Part shown: in pieces, positions 34,528 to 44,276 of the stretch
Numbering within the stretch: the first letter of the stretch is position 1
How the letters are laid out: each line of letters begins with the position of its first letter
Source: Bacteroidota bacterium
Lineage (GTDB): Bacteria > Bacteroidota > Bacteroidia > Bacteroidales > VadinHA17
Assembly (NCBI GenBank): GCA_015222065.1
Contig: JADFUQ010000311.1
Span: 1 to 54,939, forward strand
Direction of reading: 5' to 3'
DNA length: 54,939 nucleotides
Made by a program: the position numbers and the translations under genes
Notes under the pieces: generated by a model
Database searches by the model: none
What the model saw: only the letters and a program-made list of their open reading frames with translations
Told to the model about the DNA's origin: nothing

Positions 34528-34665
34528 CTTCTCCTCTTCGCCCCTGTTTCCTTTTCGACTCTTTGACTTTCTTTCTTCACCTCATTTTCTCATCTCTTCA
34601 TCTCCTCATTACTTCATCACCTCATTACCTCATCACCTCATTCACTCATTCACTCATCCTTCAAC
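34528..34665. repeat. G-poor word array (CTCATC/CACCTCATT/CACTCATT words)
   Basis: 34566-34665 (100 nt) contains no G. Confidence 0.85.
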
Positions 34666-34746
34666 GTTTATCCTTCCAATAAACCTGGGATTCTCATAAG
34701 AATAATTAATTTGATAACGGTCGTTGTTTTAGAATTATCATATGTA

Positions 34747-34754
34747 TATATTTG
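34747..34754 (+). promoter_or_regulatory. Bacteroidota-type -7 box (TAnnTTTG)
   Basis: TATATTTG lies 32 nt upstream of the ATG at 34786. Confidence 0.4.
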
Positions 34755-34785
34755 TTAAACCTAGATATGTAAATATATAGAAATT

Positions 34786-35082
34786 ATGAAAATAAAAGAT
34801 TTATCCTCTGAACAGCTTGAAAGAGCAGCTAATATGTTGAAAGCAATTGCACATCCAATGAGAATAGCAATTCTTAATTATCTGGATAACGGCAAGAGGC
34901 TTAATGTTACAGAGATTCACGAACTGCTTAATATTGAACAATCTACAACCTCTCATCATCTTGGTATTCTGAAAGATAAAGGAGTTTTATCATCCCAGCG
35001 TAAAGGCAAACACACATATTATTTCATGAAGCATGATAATATTGCAAGTATTATTGAATGCGTAAATAAATGTTCCGGGTAA
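34786..35082 (+). CDS. ArsR/SmtB family transcriptional regulator
   Basis: 98 aa. LKAIAHPMRIAILNYL...LNVTEIHELLNIEQSTTSHHLGILKDKGVL is a winged HTH. Confidence 0.85.
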   Translation: MKIKDLSSEQLERAANMLKAIAHPMRIAILNYLDNGKRLNVTEIHELLNIEQSTTSHHLGILKDKGVLSSQRKGKHTYYFMKHDNIASIIECVNKCSG

Positions 35083-35092
35083 AGAAAAAATT

Positions 35093-35563
35093 ATGACTAT
35101 AGTACGTGTTACAAAAGAATTCCATTTTGAAATGGCCCATGCTTTATGGAATTATGACGGACCATGCAGAAATATCCACGGGCATTCATACAAATTACTG
35201 GTAACCGTAAAGGGCGAACCGTTAAATGATCCGGGCAAACCCAAACATGGAATGATAATTGACTTTGGCGACCTGAAACAAATAGTAAAAACCACAATTA
35301 TAAACAGGTTTGATCATACAGTTGTTGTTAATAAACAAGCACCATATGAAATGCTAAAGAAAATGGGGCAAATGTTTGAAAAATATGAGGTAATGGATTT
35401 CCAGCCAACCTGTGAGAAACTTGTTATATATTTCGCCGAAATTATTAAAGAAAAATTACCCGAAAACACACAGCTTCAGCGACTTAGATTGTATGAAACG
35501 ACAACATCATTTGCAGAATGGTATGAGGAGGATAATGCAAGTAAAGATAAAAGTCAAAAGTAA
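35093..35563 (+). CDS. queD: 6-carboxytetrahydropterin synthase (6-pyruvoyl-tetrahydropterin synthase family)
   Basis: 156 aa. FEMAHAL, CRNIHGHSY. The last ~8 codons (SKDKSQK) are encoded by the AAAGATAAAAG word array. Confidence 0.85.
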   Translation: MTIVRVTKEFHFEMAHALWNYDGPCRNIHGHSYKLLVTVKGEPLNDPGKPKHGMIIDFGDLKQIVKTTIINRFDHTVVVNKQAPYEMLKKMGQMFEKYEVMDFQPTCEKLVIYFAEIIKEKLPENTQLQRLRLYETTTSFAEWYEEDNASKDKSQK

Positions 35564-35645
35564 AAAGATAAAAGTAAAAAGATAAAAGGGAAGAAGTAAG
35601 AAGAGGTGGGTGGGTAGTAAGAAGTAGGTAGTAAGTAGAAGAAAA
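35539..35645. repeat. C-poor word array (AAAGATAAAAG then GTAAGAAG words)
   Basis: aagtaaagataaaagtcaaaagtaaaaagataaaagtaaaaagataaaagggaagaagtaagaagaggtgggtgggtagtaagaagtaggtagtaagtagaag. The same AAAGATAAAAG words occur at 54881-54939. Confidence 0.85.
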
Positions 35646-35702
35646 GGCAAAAGCTTGCCACGTGAAATGCGACTTAGGAGCATATTTCACTGTGGGCAAA
35701 AG
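35646..35702. repeat. REP-like GTGAAAT/ATTTCAC hairpin element (short form, inverted relative to 15901-15998)
   Basis: ggcaaaagcttgccacgtgaaatgcgacttaggagcatatttcactgtgggcaaaag. Confidence 0.75.
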
Positions 35703-35775
35703 TGAAGAATGAAGAGTTCAAAGACCTTAACTCGTAACCCGTAACACTTATTCACTGCAACACTGCATCACAATT
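35703..35775. repeat. composite word module GAAGAATGAAGAGTTCAAAG - CTCGTAACCCGTAAC - CACTGCA(T/A)CAC
   Basis: The same word order occurs at 20221-20312 and 23031-23114, and partly at 30465-30550. Confidence 0.75.
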
Positions 35776-35794
35776 CTTATTAAGACAAAAGACA

Positions 35795-38593
35795 ATGGCT
35801 GGCAATAAAAAAACGGGAAACAATAAAAAACTATTCTTACTTGATGCTTATGCATTGATATTCAGAGCATATTATGCATTTATTCATAATCCTGTAAAAA
35901 CCTCCAAAGGATTAAATACTTCTGCAATTTATGGATTTATTAACACTTTAAATGATATAATTAAAAACCAGACTCCATCACATATTGCCGTGGTTTTTGA
36001 TCCTCCTTCTCCTACCTTCAGACACAAAATGTATAAAGAATACAAAGCCAACAGGGAAGCGACACCTGAAGATATTAAGAAATCGGTTCCGTATATAAAA
36101 AAAGTAATTTCAGCTTACAATATACCTATTCTGGAAGTGGAAGGATATGAAGCAGATGATACTATCGGAACTATTGCAAAAAAGGCAGAAAGTAAGGGTT
36201 TTAAGGTTTATATGATGACTTCGGATAAGGATTTTGCACAGCTTGTTTCTGATAATATATTTATTTATAAACCGGGAAGTGGTGGAGCACAAGCAGTTAT
36301 TTGGGATAAGGAAAAAGTCAGAGAGAAATTTATGGTAGAACGCCCGGAACAGGTAATTGAAGTGCTTGCTCTGTGGGGTGATGCCTCAGATAACATACCC
36401 GGAGCCCCTGGGATAGGTGAAAAAACATCAAAAAAGCTGATATCAAAATATGGCGGAATAGATGAAATATTCAAGAATATTGAACAATTTAAAGGAAAGC
36501 AAAAAGAAAACCTGATTGAATATCGTGAACAGATTGAATTATCGAAGAAACTGGTTGAAATTCCGTTGGATGTTCCTGTTGATTTCGATGAAGAAGCAAT
36601 GAAATCTAAAGATCCGGACAAGGAAAAACTCCAGGAAATATTTCAGGAACTGGAATTCAAAAGTTTCCTTTTCCGGTTGAATAAGGGGATTGAAATACCG
36701 ACAAAAAAAACAGAAATAGCGGCACAGGGATCATTGTTTTCCAGCCATAATATAGGCAAAATGGAAACAGATAATTCAGGGAAAAACATTAAGTCAACCC
36801 CGCATAATTATGTTTTGGTTGATACACCCGAAAAACAAGAAGCGCTTATAAGCAAACTAAATAAGCAAAACCGGTTTTGTTTTGATACCGAAACAACAGG
36901 ATTGGATACTATCAAAGATGAACTGATTGGTATTTCTTTTTGTTGTGAAAGTCATGAAGCATATTGGCTCCCCGTTGAAAGCGATAAAAAGATATCTGAA
37001 AAAGTACTTGAGAAATTCAAACCGGTATTTGAAAATGAAAAGATTGAAAAAATAGGTCAAAATCTGAAATTTGATATAAAGGTTTTACGGAAAAGGGGAA
37101 TAGTTGTAAAAGGTGCTTTATTTGATACAATGGTTGCCCATTATCTTATTAAACCTGAAGGTAAACACGGTCTGAACGACTTGGCAGAGGACTATCTGAA
37201 TTATACTCCTGTTAAAATTGAAGAATTGATAGGAGTAAAAGGGAAAAGTCAGGCAAATATGCGATCAGTACCACAAGAAAAGATTAAAGAATATGCTGCA
37301 GAAGATGCAGATCTGACGTGGCAGATAAAAAAGATTCTTGAAAAGGAACTTAAAGAGAAACACCTTGAAACACTTGCGGAAAAAATTGAAATGCCACTTG
37401 TATATGTATTATGTGACATGGAAATGAGAGGATTTAAGGTAAATGTTAATGTGTTAAAAAAATACTCGGAAATATTAAAAGTTGAATTGCTGGATATTCA
37501 GACCGGGATCTATAAACTTGCTGATACGGAATTTAATATTTCCTCACCGAAACAACTGGGCGAAATATTGTTTACAAAACTGAAAATTGATTCTAAAGCA
37601 AAAAAGACAAAAACCGGACAATATTCTACAAGTGAGGATGTGCTGCAAAGGCTTGTAAACAAACATGAAATTGTATCTAAAGTATTAGAATTCAGATCTG
37701 TTAGCAAATTGCTTTCCACTTATGTTGAAAAACTTCCGGAGTTAAAAAATAGCGAAACCGGAAAAATTCATTCTTCTTTTAATCAAACAATTACAGCTAC
37801 AGGTCGTCTGAGCTCCAATAACCCGAATTTACAGAATATCCCGATAAGGGAAGACAGAGGCAGGGAGATAAGGAAGGCCTTTGTTCCTTCAGATATACAA
37901 CACATTCTGATTTCGGCTGATTATTCACAGATAGAGTTAAGGATAATGGCCCATATGAGTGGCGACAAAAATTTGATTGATGCTTTTAATACAGGTGAGG
38001 ATATTCATGTTTCTACAGCTGCAAAAATACATAGAATTTCACCAGGGGATGTTACAAAAGAAATGCGTGAGAGAGCAAAAACTGCTAATTTTGGTATCAT
38101 ATATGGTATTTCTGCTTTTGGGTTAAGCCGGAGGATGAATTTGCCCCTGTCTGATGCTAAAGAATTTATTGAGGAGTATTTTAGAACTTACCCGGGGGTT
38201 AAGAAATATATGGATAAGAGCATAGAAAGAGCAAGGGAAAAGGGATATGTGCAAACCATTATGGGTAGAAAAAGATATCTGCCTGATATTCTTTCACGTA
38301 ATTCTGTTGTAAGGGGATTTGCAGAGAGAAATGCAATAAATGCCCCAATTCAGGGATATGCAGCTGATATTATTAAAATAGCAATGATTAATATTCACAA
38401 CAAGATAAAGGAAAAAAAATTGAAATCAGGAATGATATTGCAGGTTCATGACGAACTGGTTTTTGATGTACCGGAAAAAGAAGTTGATGTACTTAGTGAT
38501 ATTGTGGTTAGTGAAATGCAGAATGCTGTTAAGCTGGATGTGCCTCTTACGGTTGATTGTGGTACAGGAAGAAACTGGCTTGAAGCACACTAA
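35795..38593 (+). CDS. polA: DNA polymerase I
   Basis: 932 aa. 5' nuclease domain, 3'-5' exonuclease-like domain (FDTETTGL), and pol motifs DYSQIELRI, RRxAKxxNFGxxYG, QVHDEL. Confidence 0.97.
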   Translation: MAGNKKTGNNKKLFLLDAYALIFRAYYAFIHNPVKTSKGLNTSAIYGFINTLNDIIKNQTPSHIAVVFDPPSPTFRHKMYKEYKANREATPEDIKKSVPYIKKVISAYNIPILEVEGYEADDTIGTIAKKAESKGFKVYMMTSDKDFAQLVSDNIFIYKPGSGGAQAVIWDKEKVREKFMVERPEQVIEVLALWGDASDNIPGAPGIGEKTSKKLISKYGGIDEIFKNIEQFKGKQKENLIEYREQIELSKKLVEIPLDVPVDFDEEAMKSKDPDKEKLQEIFQELEFKSFLFRLNKGIEIPTKKTEIAAQGSLFSSHNIGKMETDNSGKNIKSTPHNYVLVDTPEKQEALISKLNKQNRFCFDTETTGLDTIKDELIGISFCCESHEAYWLPVESDKKISEKVLEKFKPVFENEKIEKIGQNLKFDIKVLRKRGIVVKGALFDTMVAHYLIKPEGKHGLNDLAEDYLNYTPVKIEELIGVKGKSQANMRSVPQEKIKEYAAEDADLTWQIKKILEKELKEKHLETLAEKIEMPLVYVLCDMEMRGFKVNVNVLKKYSEILKVELLDIQTGIYKLADTEFNISSPKQLGEILFTKLKIDSKAKKTKTGQYSTSEDVLQRLVNKHEIVSKVLEFRSVSKLLSTYVEKLPELKNSETGKIHSSFNQTITATGRLSSNNPNLQNIPIREDRGREIRKAFVPSDIQHILISADYSQIELRIMAHMSGDKNLIDAFNTGEDIHVSTAAKIHRISPGDVTKEMRERAKTANFGIIYGISAFGLSRRMNLPLSDAKEFIEEYFRTYPGVKKYMDKSIERAREKGYVQTIMGRKRYLPDILSRNSVVRGFAERNAINAPIQGYAADIIKIAMINIHNKIKEKKLKSGMILQVHDELVFDVPEKEVDVLSDIVVSEMQNAVKLDVPLTVDCGTGRNWLEAH

Positions 38594-38622
38594 GGAAGAG
38601 GTGAAAAGAAAGCAAAAGGCTC

Positions 38623-38656
38623 GAAAAAATATGAAATCAAAGATTTCTGTTTTTTT
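38623..38656. terminator. bidirectional intrinsic terminator
   Basis: AAAAAATAT-GAAATC-aaa-GATTTC-TGTTTTTTT, between convergent polA and the S41 peptidase gene. Confidence 0.55.
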
Positions 38657-38667
38657 GGGACTTAATT

Positions 38668-40344
38668 CTATTGATCAGATGAATTGAGAATGGCAGTATA
38701 TGTGTGTTTGTCTTCAAATAGATCACATGCTTTTTCTATTTGTTTATCATAAGGTAGTGAAGACTGGATCATACCGGAACGATAATAATAACGGTCAACA
38801 ATAGATTCTTCAAGAAGGATTTTAATCTCCTTACTAAAGGCATTCATGTCTTGTTCAAGATCACGGGAAAGTTTTTTTGAAAGTGCTGTGAATTCGTTTT
38901 CAGAAAACTGGTAATATTTTTCCTTTTTTGCAGTTTCTTTCAATGTACGAAATGCCTGATCTGTTTTAGTTTCATAATTAAAGTTTTGTTCTTTAACAAA
39001 TGCGATAAAATCAAGATAAATACCATCAGTAATCTCAAAATCACCAGGGGGAAGTAACGAGTCATGTGCCAGATAATATCGGGTTGAAAAGTCGAAAAAC
39101 ATAAAATCGGTAAAAAGTTCAATAGTAAGCTGGCTGGGATTATCCTCTATAATTTCAATATCAGGAGAAATACCACCGCCGTCATAAACCAATCGGCCAT
39201 TTTTGGTTTTATATTCTGAAATTAAAGAATCAGGTATATGACCAACGCTTCCATCCTCATTACGGTTGGAATAATCCAATGCCTGGATACAGCGCCCGCT
39301 GGGAATATAATACTTTGCTGTTGTTACCTTAAGTCGTGAATTATAGCTTAAAGGACGGGTAGTTTGAACAAGACCCTTTCCAAATGTACGGGTGCCGATA
39401 ATTACAGCCCTGTCAATATCCTGAAGAGCACCTGCAACGATTTCTGATGCTGATGCGGACCCACGGTTTACAAGAACAACAAGAGGTGTTTGAGTATCAA
39501 CGGGAAGATTCTTTGCCCTGTATGTTTCATCGAATTGTTTTACCTTGCCCCTGGTACTGACTATTTCCTGCCCTTTGTTAACAAAAAGATTTGACACGTT
39601 AACTGCCTCTATAAGTAAACCGCCCGGATTTCCTCGTAAATCTAGAATTAATGATTTTAGGGAATATGTTTTTTTAAGATCAGTAAGAGCGTTTTTAACA
39701 TCTTTAGAGCAGTCCTGTGTGAAGTTTGAAAGACGGATATAGCCAATATTTTCATTCAGCATACCATAATAAGGAACACCGGTGATATGGATTTTTTTGC
39801 GGATAAGAGTAACTGTAAAGGGTTTATCGATTCCATATCGTTTAATGGTTACTCCAACTTCGGTGTCAGGCAGACCTTTTAACAGGTCACTTACTTTGTG
39901 AAGAGCCAATCCATCAATAGATTTATTATCTATCTCGCGGATAATATCTCCGGCTTTCAGTCCTGCTAAATCTGCCGGGAAATCTTTATATACCTCAGAA
40001 ATAACAGCAAAATCACCACTTTTTCTGATTAACGAACCAATACCTCCGTATTTACCTGTTGTGGCAAAATTAAAATCATCAATACCTGATTCGGGAATAT
40101 AAACAGTGTAAGGATCAAGTGATTGAAGCATTTCATTAATACTTATTTCAATCAGTTTTTCCGGTTCAATGTCATCGACATAAAAGACATTAAGCTCCCG
40201 GAAGAGGGAATAATAAATATCAAGATTTTTTAAAAGTTTAAAATCCCTGTCTTCATTAAATGAAACAAGACCTACAGTAAACGTAATGATAATAAGTATA
40301 ATAATACCTGCTTTTTTAAATATTCCAATCCCTGTTAGTTTCAT
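38668..40344 (-). CDS. ctp: S41 family carboxy-terminal processing peptidase
   Basis: PDZ region, GSASASEI and TFGKG motifs. ATG at 40344 (MKLTGIGIFKKAGIIILIIITF signal anchor) is preferred. The ORF is open to an ATG at 40419. Confidence 0.85.
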   Translation of the reverse strand: MKLTGIGIFKKAGIIILIIITFTVGLVSFNEDRDFKLLKNLDIYYSLFRELNVFYVDDIEPEKLIEISINEMLQSLDPYTVYIPESGIDDFNFATTGKYGGIGSLIRKSGDFAVISEVYKDFPADLAGLKAGDIIREIDNKSIDGLALHKVSDLLKGLPDTEVGVTIKRYGIDKPFTVTLIRKKIHITGVPYYGMLNENIGYIRLSNFTQDCSKDVKNALTDLKKTYSLKSLILDLRGNPGGLLIEAVNVSNLFVNKGQEIVSTRGKVKQFDETYRAKNLPVDTQTPLVVLVNRGSASASEIVAGALQDIDRAVIIGTRTFGKGLVQTTRPLSYNSRLKVTTAKYYIPSGRCIQALDYSNRNEDGSVGHIPDSLISEYKTKNGRLVYDGGGISPDIEIIEDNPSQLTIELFTDFMFFDFSTRYYLAHDSLLPPGDFEITDGIYLDFIAFVKEQNFNYETKTDQAFRTLKETAKKEKYYQFSENEFTALSKKLSRDLEQDMNAFSKEIKILLEESIVDRYYYRSGMIQSSLPYDKQIEKACDLFEDKHTYTAILNSSDQ

Positions 40345-40423
40345 ATGTTTATTATTTAGCAATATTTTTATTTTCAATAGTAAGTATTTTTGGAATACTG
40401 GAATGCTCGATAAAGTCATCTAT

Positions 40424-40467
40424 TTCTTCCCATTTTTCCACTATTCCATTATTCCATTATTCCAATT
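40424..40467. repeat. G-poor ATTCC/CCATT word array
   Basis: ttcttcccatttttccactattccattattccattattccaatt. Confidence 0.8.
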
Positions 40468-40572
40468 AATACTTAATCATTCTCCTGTGGATCAAAATTT
40501 TTATCATGGATGTTTCATCTGTTTGAAATTTGTTTTATATCTGTTTATTTCAAAACGGAGCAAAGATAGAAA

Positions 40573-40818
40573 TCATTTCTTTCTGAAAGAGAATTTATCA
40601 GGAACAGGGTCATAACCATGTCCACCCCATGGATTACAACTAATTACCCTTCTAATTGCAAGCCAGCTTCCTTTAAGCGGGCCATGTTTTTTAAGTACTT
40701 CGATGCTGTATGCTGAACATGAAGGTGTATAGCGGCAAGAGGAAGGAAACAACGGTGAAATTAAACGCTGGTAGATTTTTACTGATCCAATGAGTATATT
40801 AATTATTATTGTTCTCAT
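40573..40818 (-). CDS. yidD: membrane protein insertion efficiency factor YidD
   Basis: 81 aa. [31 protein letters not shown]. Confidence 0.9.
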   Translation of the reverse strand: MRTIIINILIGSVKIYQRLISPLFPSSCRYTPSCSAYSIEVLKKHGPLKGSWLAIRRVISCNPWGGHGYDPVPDKFSFRKK

Positions 40819-41192
40819 AGGTTTTTAATGAAATATTGAAATGCGGATATAATACCTTTTTCAATTGAATTATAATCAATGATTTGTTTTTCGCGGTATA
40901 TGATAATAAGAACAAGTCCAAAATTTTTACTCTCCAAAAATTTATAAAGTTCATGTTTGTTCAGGCGGTATGCTTCAAGGGTTCTTCTTTTGATAGTATT
41001 CCTGTCAACAGCACGTTTAAATAGTTTTTTCGACACACTGACAGCTACTTGTGCGGGATATTTTTCTTCCGGGGTTGTTTTTTTCCAGATAATAAGAAAG
41101 GGATGAGAATAGAAAGACCTGCCAAGTTTAATTAATTCGTTGAAAGCTTTTTTACTAGTGAGTTTCTCTATTTTTTTAAAAGTAGTTTTCAT
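40815..41192 (-). CDS. rnpA: ribonuclease P protein component
   Basis: 125 aa, basic. [24 protein letters not shown]. 4-nt overlap with yidD. Confidence 0.85.
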   Translation of the reverse strand: MKTTFKKIEKLTSKKAFNELIKLGRSFYSHPFLIIWKKTTPEEKYPAQVAVSVSKKLFKRAVDRNTIKRRTLEAYRLNKHELYKFLESKNFGLVLIIIYREKQIIDYNSIEKGIISAFQYFIKNL

Positions 41193-41240
41193 AAACCAAA
41201 AGTTGATTCAGTGGTTTTATTTAAACAGAAATCGCTAGTA

Positions 41241-41336
41241 TCAAGGCAAAAGGCAAAAATAAAAAGTATAATATGCTGATAATATGCCCAATATGCAATA
41301 ACTAACAAATCTGTTTATCGTTAACACGACACTAGC
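41241..41336. repeat. conserved non-coding element, copy 2 (copy 1 at 939-1018)
   Basis: Same element with a 14-nt insertion (ggcaaaaataaaaa). Lies upstream of rnpA on the minus strand. Confidence 0.7.
41254..41261 (-). promoter_or_regulatory. Bacteroidota-type -7 box (TAnnTTTG) on minus strand
   Basis: Minus strand TATTTTTG lies 62 nt upstream of the rnpA start. Confidence 0.35.
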
Positions 41337-41362
41337 AGGTAATAAAAAAAAGTAAAGTACAG

Positions 41363-41385
41363 AAAAAGAGGGGAAAAGCCCCCCG
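41363..41385 (-). terminator. intrinsic terminator after hemD-like gene
   Basis: Minus strand: GGGGGG-cttTT-CCCCTC (includes one G-U pair) followed by TTTTT, about 30 nt after the stop at 41414. Confidence 0.45.
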
Positions 41386-41413
41386 AATTTGTAAGTTCTC
41401 TTTCTGATTAAAA

Positions 41414-42166
41414 CTAATTACAATTTTTATTATAATTTACAATATATTGTTCAAGGGCCATAGTCATAGATGGGGCTTTGGGACTGGGGGCTTCAATATC
41501 CAGCTTTAATCCGGCATCCTTAGCCGCTTTTGCAGTAGTTGGTCCAAAAGAAGCAATTTTCGTATTATTTTGTTTAAAATCAGGGAAGTTTTCGAATAAA
41601 GATTTAATTCCGGAAGGACTGTAAAAAACAAGCACATCGTAATTTACATTACTAAGATCTGACAAATTACTGCAAACAGTTCGATAGAGTATAGCTTTGG
41701 TATATTTGATCTTGTTATTATCAAGAACTTTTGAAATATCTTTTTTGTGATGGTCAGATACAGGAATGAAAAAATTTCCATCCTTGTGTTTATTGATCAC
41801 ATCCATTAATTCAGTAAGACGGTGTTTACCGAAAAAAACCTTTCTTTTTCTGTAAACAATATATTTTTGAAGGTAATAAGCCGTTGATTCTGAAGTACAA
41901 AAATATTTCATTGAATCAGATATAACAACTCTCATTTCATCACAAATTCTGAAAAAATGATCAATAGCTATCCTGCTGGTAAAAATTACAGCTGTAAAAT
42001 CGGATATATCAATACGAGTTTTTCGAAACTCTTTTGCATGAACTGATTCTACATGAATGAAGGAACGAAAATCAATTTTAAGGTTGTTTTTCTTTGCCAG
42101 GTCATAATAAGGTGATTTCCCATTCTCAGGCTCGGGCTGCGACACTAAAATCCTTTTTATTTTCAA
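41414..42166 (-). CDS. hemD: uroporphyrinogen-III synthase
   Basis: 250 aa. HemD-like two-lobed pattern (ILVSQP...AVIFTSRIAIDHFF...VFYSPSGIKSLF...IASFGPTTAKAAKDAG). Confidence 0.75.
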   Translation of the reverse strand: MKIKRILVSQPEPENGKSPYYDLAKKNNLKIDFRSFIHVESVHAKEFRKTRIDISDFTAVIFTSRIAIDHFFRICDEMRVVISDSMKYFCTSESTAYYLQKYIVYRKRKVFFGKHRLTELMDVINKHKDGNFFIPVSDHHKKDISKVLDNNKIKYTKAILYRTVCSNLSDLSNVNYDVLVFYSPSGIKSLFENFPDFKQNNTKIASFGPTTAKAAKDAGLKLDIEAPSPKAPSMTMALEQYIVNYNKNCN

Positions 42167-42212
42167 AACGCCAAGTTTTTATATTCTCGTTATTATATTA
42201 TAATCAAGCTTT

Positions 42213-43370
42213 TTAAAAAATTCTAAGGTATTTAAAGAAAACCAGAATCGGTATGAATTCGAGCACGCAAAGGTACAAAAACAAATATAATAGAGAAACT
42301 TTTCTTAAAGTAAATATTTTAATTCCCCTGATAATTCTAAAAATATAAGCTAAAATTATTATACCGGCACCCACGAAAATGGCAACAGGTGTTATTCGGT
42401 AGTCAGCATAAGGAATAGCTATTATAAATGGCAATAACACAAGTCCGGTTACTCTTGTATGAATAAAAATATTCTGCAAATATTCTGCAAATACTTTTTG
42501 GGTGAGAGATACGTATCCGACTATTTTATTGGCAATATATCGTACCAGATAAATAGCAAATACGAAACCGGTAAATAACAGGAATGCTATAATCCCCTCA
42601 GGATGGATAAGTGTTAAGTTAAAATGTTTGGCTGACAGGTAAATAAAAAGACCGGCATTTAAAAAAAAACCAAAATCCATGATCAGGAAAGCCTTTTGTG
42701 TAAAGCTGCTTTTATCGAGAAAGAGATTATGAGAAATCTGGTAGTTGAAAATGGAATTAACAGTGGCGGATAACACCTTATTGTAAAGTAATTTGATCCA
42801 TACAAGGAGTATAAAAGAGATGATTATTATCCCCAGAACCCAATCATTCCAAAGGGTAGAAATTTTTTCCCTGGAATGGTAATTATCCTGGTTTTTATCG
42901 GGAATCTCAGTTCCGACCCGGGTTGATTTATTATAAGTTGGTTTTTCTGATGTAATAAACAAATGATCTTTCCGGGAAACCATTTTATTACTGTGTTCCC
43001 ACATGTTTTTAAAGAACAGGGGTTTGATACCTTGGTTTTCACCTATTGTAATAATAATATCTGATGAATCGGGCTGAAATACAGATATGATTTTTTCCGG
43101 AATGATACTTTTTGGCTCAGATTTTATTAAGGAGGTTTTATGTAAAGAATCGAATTTTTCCTGATGTTGTTGTTCTCTCTCAAAAATTTGCAGAGCATCC
43201 TGAATGGAGTATTCTTTAATATCAGATCCGGAGATAGTATCTTCAGAAATTACAGTGTCCTGAATGAGAACTGCTGTTGTATCCTGATTTATGATTGTTG
43301 GGATAGTATCAACAAGTGGCTGAATTCGTGTAGTATCCTGTTGCTGTTTGTTGTCTGTGTTGTTTCCCAT
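42213..43370 (-). CDS. DUF4271-like polytopic membrane protein
   Basis: Soluble N-terminal half and 5-6 TM C-terminal half. Adjacency to hemD is typical of Bacteroidota. ATG at 43370 is preferred over the TTG at 43400. Confidence 0.6.
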   Translation of the reverse strand: MGNNTDNKQQQDTTRIQPLVDTIPTIINQDTTAVLIQDTVISEDTISGSDIKEYSIQDALQIFEREQQHQEKFDSLHKTSLIKSEPKSIIPEKIISVFQPDSSDIIITIGENQGIKPLFFKNMWEHSNKMVSRKDHLFITSEKPTYNKSTRVGTEIPDKNQDNYHSREKISTLWNDWVLGIIIISFILLVWIKLLYNKVLSATVNSIFNYQISHNLFLDKSSFTQKAFLIMDFGFFLNAGLFIYLSAKHFNLTLIHPEGIIAFLLFTGFVFAIYLVRYIANKIVGYVSLTQKVFAEYLQNIFIHTRVTGLVLLPFIIAIPYADYRITPVAIFVGAGIIILAYIFRIIRGIKIFTLRKVSLLYLFLYLCVLEFIPILVFFKYLRIF

Positions 43371-43440
43371 ATACCCCCTTATTATAAAAACACGAAACAA
43401 AGATAAAGAAATTAGGGATCATTTTTTTAAGCTTTTAAAA

Positions 43441-44247
43441 TCAAAAATAGGGAACTACCTCTTTTTCCGGATTTTCCAATTGTGATATTTCCTTAAGCAG
43501 GTTATTTACCAACTTACTTGCCCCAATACGAAAAAGATCCGGTGTGATCCAATTTTCACCCAGAACCTTTTTTATAATTTCAAGATATTTAACAGCTTGT
43601 TCTCCTGTGGAGATTCCACCGGCAGGTTTGATACCTGTCTTCCTTCCGGTTTTTATTGTAAAGTCGCGGATTGATTCTGCCATGATCCTGAATGCTTCTG
43701 TGGTTGCAGCCGGTTGCAGTTTGCCTGTAGAAGTTTTAATGAAGTCGGCTCCCGATTCCATGGCAAGGATAGACGCTTTACTTATTTGATGGGGGTTAAG
43801 GGCGCCTGTTTCAAGTATAACTTTCAGGGGATGATTACCCATTATTTTTTTGATCTGATAAATTTCAGAAGAGACTTCTTTTTCTTTACCAGACAAAAAC
43901 TTACCAAGGGAGATAACGATATCTATCTCATCAGCTCCGGCTTCCAGTGCCATCATTGTTTCTGTTTTCTTAATTTCGGTAAAAGTTTGTGATGATGGAA
44001 AACCTGCTGAAACTGATGCAATTTTTACCCCGGGAGCTTTAAGGTTTTTTCGAACAATATTAACCAATGAAGGATAAATACAAATTGCCGCAACATTGGG
44101 AATGTCGGGATACTGTTTATTGAATCCATTCACTTTCAGGCACATAATCATTATTTTTTCTTCTGTATCTGTTGAATTAAGACTTGTAAGATCAATAAGT
44201 CCGAACAAGGTTTTCAAATTACCAATGGAGTATAATTCATTTTTCAT
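43441..44247 (-). CDS. deoC: deoxyribose-phosphate aldolase
   Basis: 268 aa. GADEIDIVI and DFIKTSTGK (Schiff-base Lys). Confidence 0.85.
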   Translation of the reverse strand: MKNELYSIGNLKTLFGLIDLTSLNSTDTEEKIMIMCLKVNGFNKQYPDIPNVAAICIYPSLVNIVRKNLKAPGVKIASVSAGFPSSQTFTEIKKTETMMALEAGADEIDIVISLGKFLSGKEKEVSSEIYQIKKIMGNHPLKVILETGALNPHQISKASILAMESGADFIKTSTGKLQPAATTEAFRIMAESIRDFTIKTGRKTGIKPAGGISTGEQAVKYLEIIKKVLGENWITPDLFRIGASKLVNNLLKEISQLENPEKEVVPYF

Positions 44248-44276
44248 AGGGAAATTAATTTATTATAGATTCATAA

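Noticed and set aside
41193-41413. Expected rpmH (L34) gene upstream of rnpA
   Set aside because: Neither strand has an ORF encoding a K/R-rich ~45-50-aa peptide. The gap holds the conserved non-coding element and the hemD terminator instead.
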